Positions 59,946 through 64,000 of a stretch of DNA of 64,000 nt are shown in pieces. The notes below the pieces were generated by a model. The model had not been told where the DNA came from, made no database searches, and worked only from the letters and a program-made list of their open reading frames with translations. The stretch covers positions 96,001 to 160,000 of the forward strand of contig CBDCXL010000002.1 of assembly GCA_965223795.1 (NCBI GenBank). The letters are read 5' to 3'. The stretch is from Nitrospinales bacterium (GTDB lineage Bacteria > Nitrospinota > Nitrospinia > Nitrospinales > VA-1). The stretch's first letter is position 1. Each line of letters begins with the position of its first letter. Position numbers and translations under genes: made by a program.

Positions 59946-60932
59946 CTACAGTTTCATGGCCGCCTTGGCCTCCGCCAGGGTCCGGCTCGCCACTTTTTCC
60001 GCCTTTTTGCTGCCTTCCGCCAGGATTGCTTTCACCTCTTTGGGCTTGGCGGCGATCTCCTGGCGCTTTTCCATCATCGGCCGCATGACGGCGAGCATGG
60101 AGTCGGCGAGTTTCTGCTTGCAGTCGCCGCAGCCGATCGTGGCGTTTCGGCAGGCGGGGATGATCTCCTCCTGCATGGCCGTGGGCGAATACAGCTTGTG
60201 AAACGGAAACAGGTTGCAGTCGTCCGGCTCGCCGGGGTCCTCGCGGCGCGCGCGCTTGGGATCGGTGAGCATGGACTGCACTTTCTTGCGGACCTGCTTC
60301 TCGGTGTCGCTGAGGTTGATCGTGTTGTTGTAGCTCTTGCTCATCTTGCGGCCGTCGATCCCGTTGAGCTTGGGAATGTCGGAAATCTTCGCGGCGGGCT
60401 CGACGAACACGTTCTTTTTATACAGGCCGTGAAACCGGCGCACGATCTCGCGGGAAATTTCCAGGTGCGGCGCCTGGTCGATGCCCACGGGGACGAAATC
60501 CGCCTTGTACAGGATGATGTCCGCGGTCTGCAGAACAGGATACCCCAAAAAGCCGTAGGAGTTCATGTCCACACCCTTCACCTCCACCTGTTTTTCCTTG
60601 TAGGTCGGGTTGCGCTCCAGCCAGGGCACCGGGACGATCATCGACAGGATCAGGTGCAGCTCCGCGTGGGCGGGGACTTTCGACTGCACGAACAGCACGC
60701 ATTTTTCCGGATCGAGGCCGCAGCTCAGCCAGTCCACCGCCACTTCGTGGGCGTAGGTCTTGATGAGATGCGGGTCCTCATACAGAGTGGTCAGCGGGTG
60801 CCAGTCGGCGATGAAATAAAAGCACTCGTACTCATCCTGCAGGGCGATCCAGTTTTTCAACGCGCCGTGGTAGTTGCCCAGATGCAGGGGGCCGGTCGCC
60901 TGCATGCCGCTCAGGATGCGCTTTTTCTTCAT
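59946..60932 (-). CDS. trpS: Tryptophan-tRNA ligase
   Basis: SGMQATGPLHLGNY, YPVLQTADI, VPVGIDQAPH, KMSKS. Confidence 0.98.
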   Translation of the reverse strand: MKKKRILSGMQATGPLHLGNYHGALKNWIALQDEYECFYFIADWHPLTTLYEDPHLIKTYAHEVAVDWLSCGLDPEKCVLFVQSKVPAHAELHLILSMIVPVPWLERNPTYKEKQVEVKGVDMNSYGFLGYPVLQTADIILYKADFVPVGIDQAPHLEISREIVRRFHGLYKKNVFVEPAAKISDIPKLNGIDGRKMSKSYNNTINLSDTEKQVRKKVQSMLTDPKRARREDPGEPDDCNLFPFHKLYSPTAMQEEIIPACRNATIGCGDCKQKLADSMLAVMRPMMEKRQEIAAKPKEVKAILAEGSKKAEKVASRTLAEAKAAMKL

Positions 60933-60940
60933 CGATCCAC

Positions 60941-61615
60941 TCACCGCGCGAACGCCGTCATCAGCACCTGCGCCAGGGTGGGATAAGCCTCCTGGGTCAG
61001 ATGATACACAGCGAAATTGATGGGGGTGAGGAGCAGCGTCTGCAGGATGCCGGTGTGCGCGAAGGTGTCCAGCAGCACCACGCCCAGGATCAAAAACGCG
61101 CCGTAGCGGTCGAATTTCGACAGGGCCACCGCCGCCTTGAAGGGAACCAGCCCCTTCAGCACGCTGCCGCCATCGAGCGGGGCGATGGGCAGCAGGTTGA
61201 AAATCGCGAGGCCGACGTTGATGAACACGCCGAAGCTCAACAGCACGAACAGGATCATGTTGTCCTGGGGGGAGATCATGCGGATCAGCACCCCGCACAC
61301 CACCGCCATCGCGATGTTGGACAACGGTCCCGCGAGCGCCACGTACATCATGTCCTTGCGCGGATTCTCGAAATTGCGCCAGTCCACCGGCACCGGTTTG
61401 GCCCAGCCGACGCCGACGATGAAGAAAAACAGCGTCCCCAGCAGGTCCAGGTGGCGCAGCGGATTGAACGACAGCCGGCCCAGCTTTTGCGCGGTGTTGT
61501 CCCCCAGGATGAGAGCTACCTTGCCGTGGGAGTATTCATGCACGACCAAAGAAAAGATCACCACCGGGGTCATCAGGGCCAGAAAAAAGGTTTGATTGGA
61601 AATTTCCACGGTCAA
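60941..61615 (-). CDS. Site-2 protease (M50) family protein
   Basis: HEYSH, NPLRHLD, GWAKPVP, AGPLSN, FNLLPIAPLDG. Confidence 0.93.
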   Translation of the reverse strand: MTVEISNQTFFLALMTPVVIFSLVVHEYSHGKVALILGDNTAQKLGRLSFNPLRHLDLLGTLFFFIVGVGWAKPVPVDWRNFENPRKDMMYVALAGPLSNIAMAVVCGVLIRMISPQDNMILFVLLSFGVFINVGLAIFNLLPIAPLDGGSVLKGLVPFKAAVALSKFDRYGAFLILGVVLLDTFAHTGILQTLLLTPINFAVYHLTQEAYPTLAQVLMTAFAR

Positions 61616-61907
61616 TCGTATATCAGCACAAGGCCCGGGTTCGCTATGTTTATGGATCGGGCCTCATTTCACAAGGGCCGCTCACGGGCGCAACGGCTTC
61701 GCAGCCGTGCCCTTGATATTTCAAAACAGTCAGGGAATCACGGGTTGCAGTCAGCGTCGATGGTGGGCCAAAAGCTGATGAGGATTTGGAGTTTTCTCGA
61801 TGAAACTGCAGACCACAGGATATTTTAGCGCAAATTTCCCTATTTTCATAACTCTTTCAACCTCCCGCAAATGAGCCGGTTACCCGGTTTTTTCCGGCCT
61901 GCCCGCC

Positions 61908-62645
61908 TCAGGGATCGCGGGTTTTGGCGTATTTGAGGTAGGTGTAAAACGCCATCGACAGGGCCAGGAACACGCCGAGAAACCCCTCGCGGAACCCCTG
62001 CCGGAACACGAAGGTCTTGAAAAACACCCAGGGCGGACGCAGGTAGAGGTGGCTCCAGCCCGCGGTGAACCCGGCCCGGGATTTTTCGGCGGCGAACAGC
62101 GAGGAATACCGGTTCTGCCGGGCGATGTAGTCCTCCATTCCCGAATAGGAGTGGTGCAGCAGCGGTTCTTCAAGGTCGCCGCAGGCGGTCAGCGGATGCA
62201 GCTGCTCGTGCACGGCGGTTTCCTGAAAGGAAATCAGGCTCTTGTCGTAGAGGCGGGCGATCCGGTCGGGATACCAGCCGCCGAAACGGACCCAGCGGCC
62301 GGCGAAAAAATTCATGCGCGGAAACCGGTACACGGGATGTTCGGCGCCGTCCCGCAGGGTGGCGCGGATCTCTTCCGCTCCCGCTTCGGAAAGCGCCTCG
62401 TCGGCGTCGAGGTTTAAAACCCATTTGTGGCTCGCGCGTTCCGCGCAGAGATTTTTCTGCTTGCCGTACCCCAGCCAGGTTTGCTGAGTCACGTTTTCGG
62501 TGTAGCGGCGGCAGATCTCGACGGTGCGGTCGCTGCTGAAACTGTCCACGACGACGATTTCATCGGCCCACGCGACGCTCTTGAGACAGCGCTCGATGTT
62601 GGACTCTTCATTAAATGTGATGATGGTCACTGAAAGTTTTTCCAT
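61908..62645 (-). CDS. Glycosyltransferase family 2 (WaaE/KdtX-like)
   Basis: IITFNEE, VVDSFSSDRT, LDADE, GWYPD, VHE, GFREGFLG. Confidence 0.92.
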   Translation of the reverse strand: MEKLSVTIITFNEESNIERCLKSVAWADEIVVVDSFSSDRTVEICRRYTENVTQQTWLGYGKQKNLCAERASHKWVLNLDADEALSEAGAEEIRATLRDGAEHPVYRFPRMNFFAGRWVRFGGWYPDRIARLYDKSLISFQETAVHEQLHPLTACGDLEEPLLHHSYSGMEDYIARQNRYSSLFAAEKSRAGFTAGWSHLYLRPPWVFFKTFVFRQGFREGFLGVFLALSMAFYTYLKYAKTRDP

Positions 62646-63102
62646 CGCTGCCGGGGATGGTTGGGAAATAGCAGAGAAAGACTGCGTGCGCGGCCCGTTG
62701 GGACTGCGCCGCCGCGCGGTTGATCGCGCCGGAATAAAAGCCGCGCAGATTATATCATTGAAGCACGGCTCCCCCGATCCGTAAATTACATTGGAACGGC
62801 GCTTCCTGCATACCGCGCCGTTCAGGCCACACGATTGGATCGGATGGCCGTGATCAAAAATCAAGTCCAGCGTGCGGCGGCGTGATTGGTATTCAGGTCT
62901 GCAGCAGAATGTGTTATGATAATGCTCTGATTTTAAGGGACATGGAGAAACGGAACCGTTGCCGGCCGCGCGGAAACCTGAAGAAGGTATTTCCTTTTTT
63001 GAGTTTTCTTTGCTTGCAGTTGTCCGGCGCTCATCGATCACCTCTAGGGAAACCGGGGTGCCTGGCTGTCATGGCCTGCTCACACCGGTCTGAGCCGTCG
63101 TC

Positions 63103-64000
63103 ATGAACGAAAACATGTTGCAATCCGTCAAAGAAAACTTCCAGCAGTTCTGGAGCCAGGTGCAACCTCTATTCGATTTCGAAAACAGCTCCTTTCTGGA
63201 AACTCTCAAACCCTACCTGGGAAAAGCTCTTGAGAACCCGCTGGCGACGGCGATCGCGTTCCTGGCTCTTATCGGAATCCCCTTCACGCTGACCAAGATC
63301 CGCAAGAACAATACGGAGGCGGGAAAACGGCTGGACAAGCTGATCGAGGAACTGGAAGCGTTCGAAGGCACGCAGGCTTCCATCAAGGAAAAAGCCGAAA
63401 CCGCCGGGAACCCGGCAGAACCCATTGATGAAGAGCCGCCCGCCGGACCCAAAGCGGAAGCGGCGGCGGCGAAGGCATCGTCCGCAACCGTCATCCCGCC
63501 GCTCATGACGGCGGCGCCTGTGGCCGCGGAGACGGTGCTTTCATCTTCTTCCACACCGGCGGACGAATCCGAAGTTCCCAGTGGGAACGCAGACGTTGTG
63601 GAAGAAAAAGTCGAAGCCCGCGACGAAAACCCCGAAGTGGCGGAAGAAAAACCCGAGGTTGCGGAAGAATTGGAAGAAAAATCTCCGGTCCTCGAAGAAA
63701 AATCCGAAACCCCCGAAACCGCAGCGGACACACCGGCGCTGGAACTGCATAAAGACGTTCAGGATGAAGTGGAGCTGGATCTCAGCGACGTGATGAGCGA
63801 GGAGCACGGCTGGTCGAAAATCAGCAATCCGACCGTAGCTCCGCTTCGGGAAGAGGATTTCGATCCGGATGACTTCGAACGATTTCAACTGCAGATGGAA
63901 AAGTCCATTCAGAATATCTCCGACCGCATCGCGGAACGGGAAGAGCCGGATTTCGTGGAAACGGAAGAAAAACAGGAATCCGCTATCGAGGAACTGCAGC
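63103..64000 (+). CDS. Hypothetical membrane-anchored acidic low-complexity protein, runs off the window end
   Basis: Open frame from ATG 63103 (MNENMLQSVKENF...ATAIAFLALIGIPF...) with an E/P-rich continuation and no stop seen. Confidence 0.7.
   Translation, partial: MNENMLQSVKENFQQFWSQVQPLFDFENSSFLETLKPYLGKALENPLATAIAFLALIGIPFTLTKIRKNNTEAGKRLDKLIEELEAFEGTQASIKEKAETAGNPAEPIDEEPPAGPKAEAAAAKASSATVIPPLMTAAPVAAETVLSSSSTPADESEVPSGNADVVEEKVEARDENPEVAEEKPEVAEELEEKSPVLEEKSETPETAADTPALELHKDVQDEVELDLSDVMSEEHGWSKISNPTVAPLREEDFDPDDFERFQLQMEKSIQNISDRIAEREEPDFVETEEKQESAIEELQ

Noticed and set aside
59946..63041. Extended N-termini in the ORF track for trpS (61298) and the glycosyltransferase (63041); likewise rpsF (17009) and the primase (37646)
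   Set aside because: The extensions overlap other genes or lack homology-like sequence; downstream starts fit the family N-termini better.
63595..63720. GAAGAAAAA-containing quasi-repeats
   Set aside because: They encode EEK/PEV low-complexity protein repeats within a CDS, not a DNA-level array.

Overview
GC-rich bacterial chromosome segment; the gene mix suggests a Nitrospinota/deltaproteobacteria-like organism (inference only). Both ends are housekeeping: thiL, tandem CNNM/CBS genes, a dksA-like gene, secA and rpsF-ssb-rpsR-DUF2232-rplI-dnaB on the left; lgt-lspA-ileS and trpS on the right. The centre holds a ~16 kb element integrated at the initiator tRNA-Met and bounded by a 65-bp perfect direct repeat (24731-24795 / 40806-40870). 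It looks like a phage satellite (PICI-like): tyrosine integrase, AlpA/Xis-like HTH, iteron-containing initiator, Twinkle/T7-gp4-like primase-helicase, a split short tape-measure gene, HK97-type major capsid protein, a cos-like site, two tandem P27-type small terminases, a c4-like antisense RNA and umuD-umuC-SRAP cargo. No portal, large terminase, protease or other tail gene is recognisable. Its intergenic regions carry arrays of covarying AT-core palindromes that translate into short Rha-like/RhuM-like peptide motifs. Other points of interest: a 3.4-kb cassette nested inside two pairs of REP-like inverted repeats (18.2-21.6 kb), and an accessory stretch beyond attR with hicAB, an ada-like gene sharing an 18-bp promoter motif with its neighbour, a peptidoglycan-binding cytochrome c/cupredoxin-like fusion, a probable sigma54-driven 54-aa protein and two cold-shock genes. 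All calls come from reading the sequence; no searches were run.
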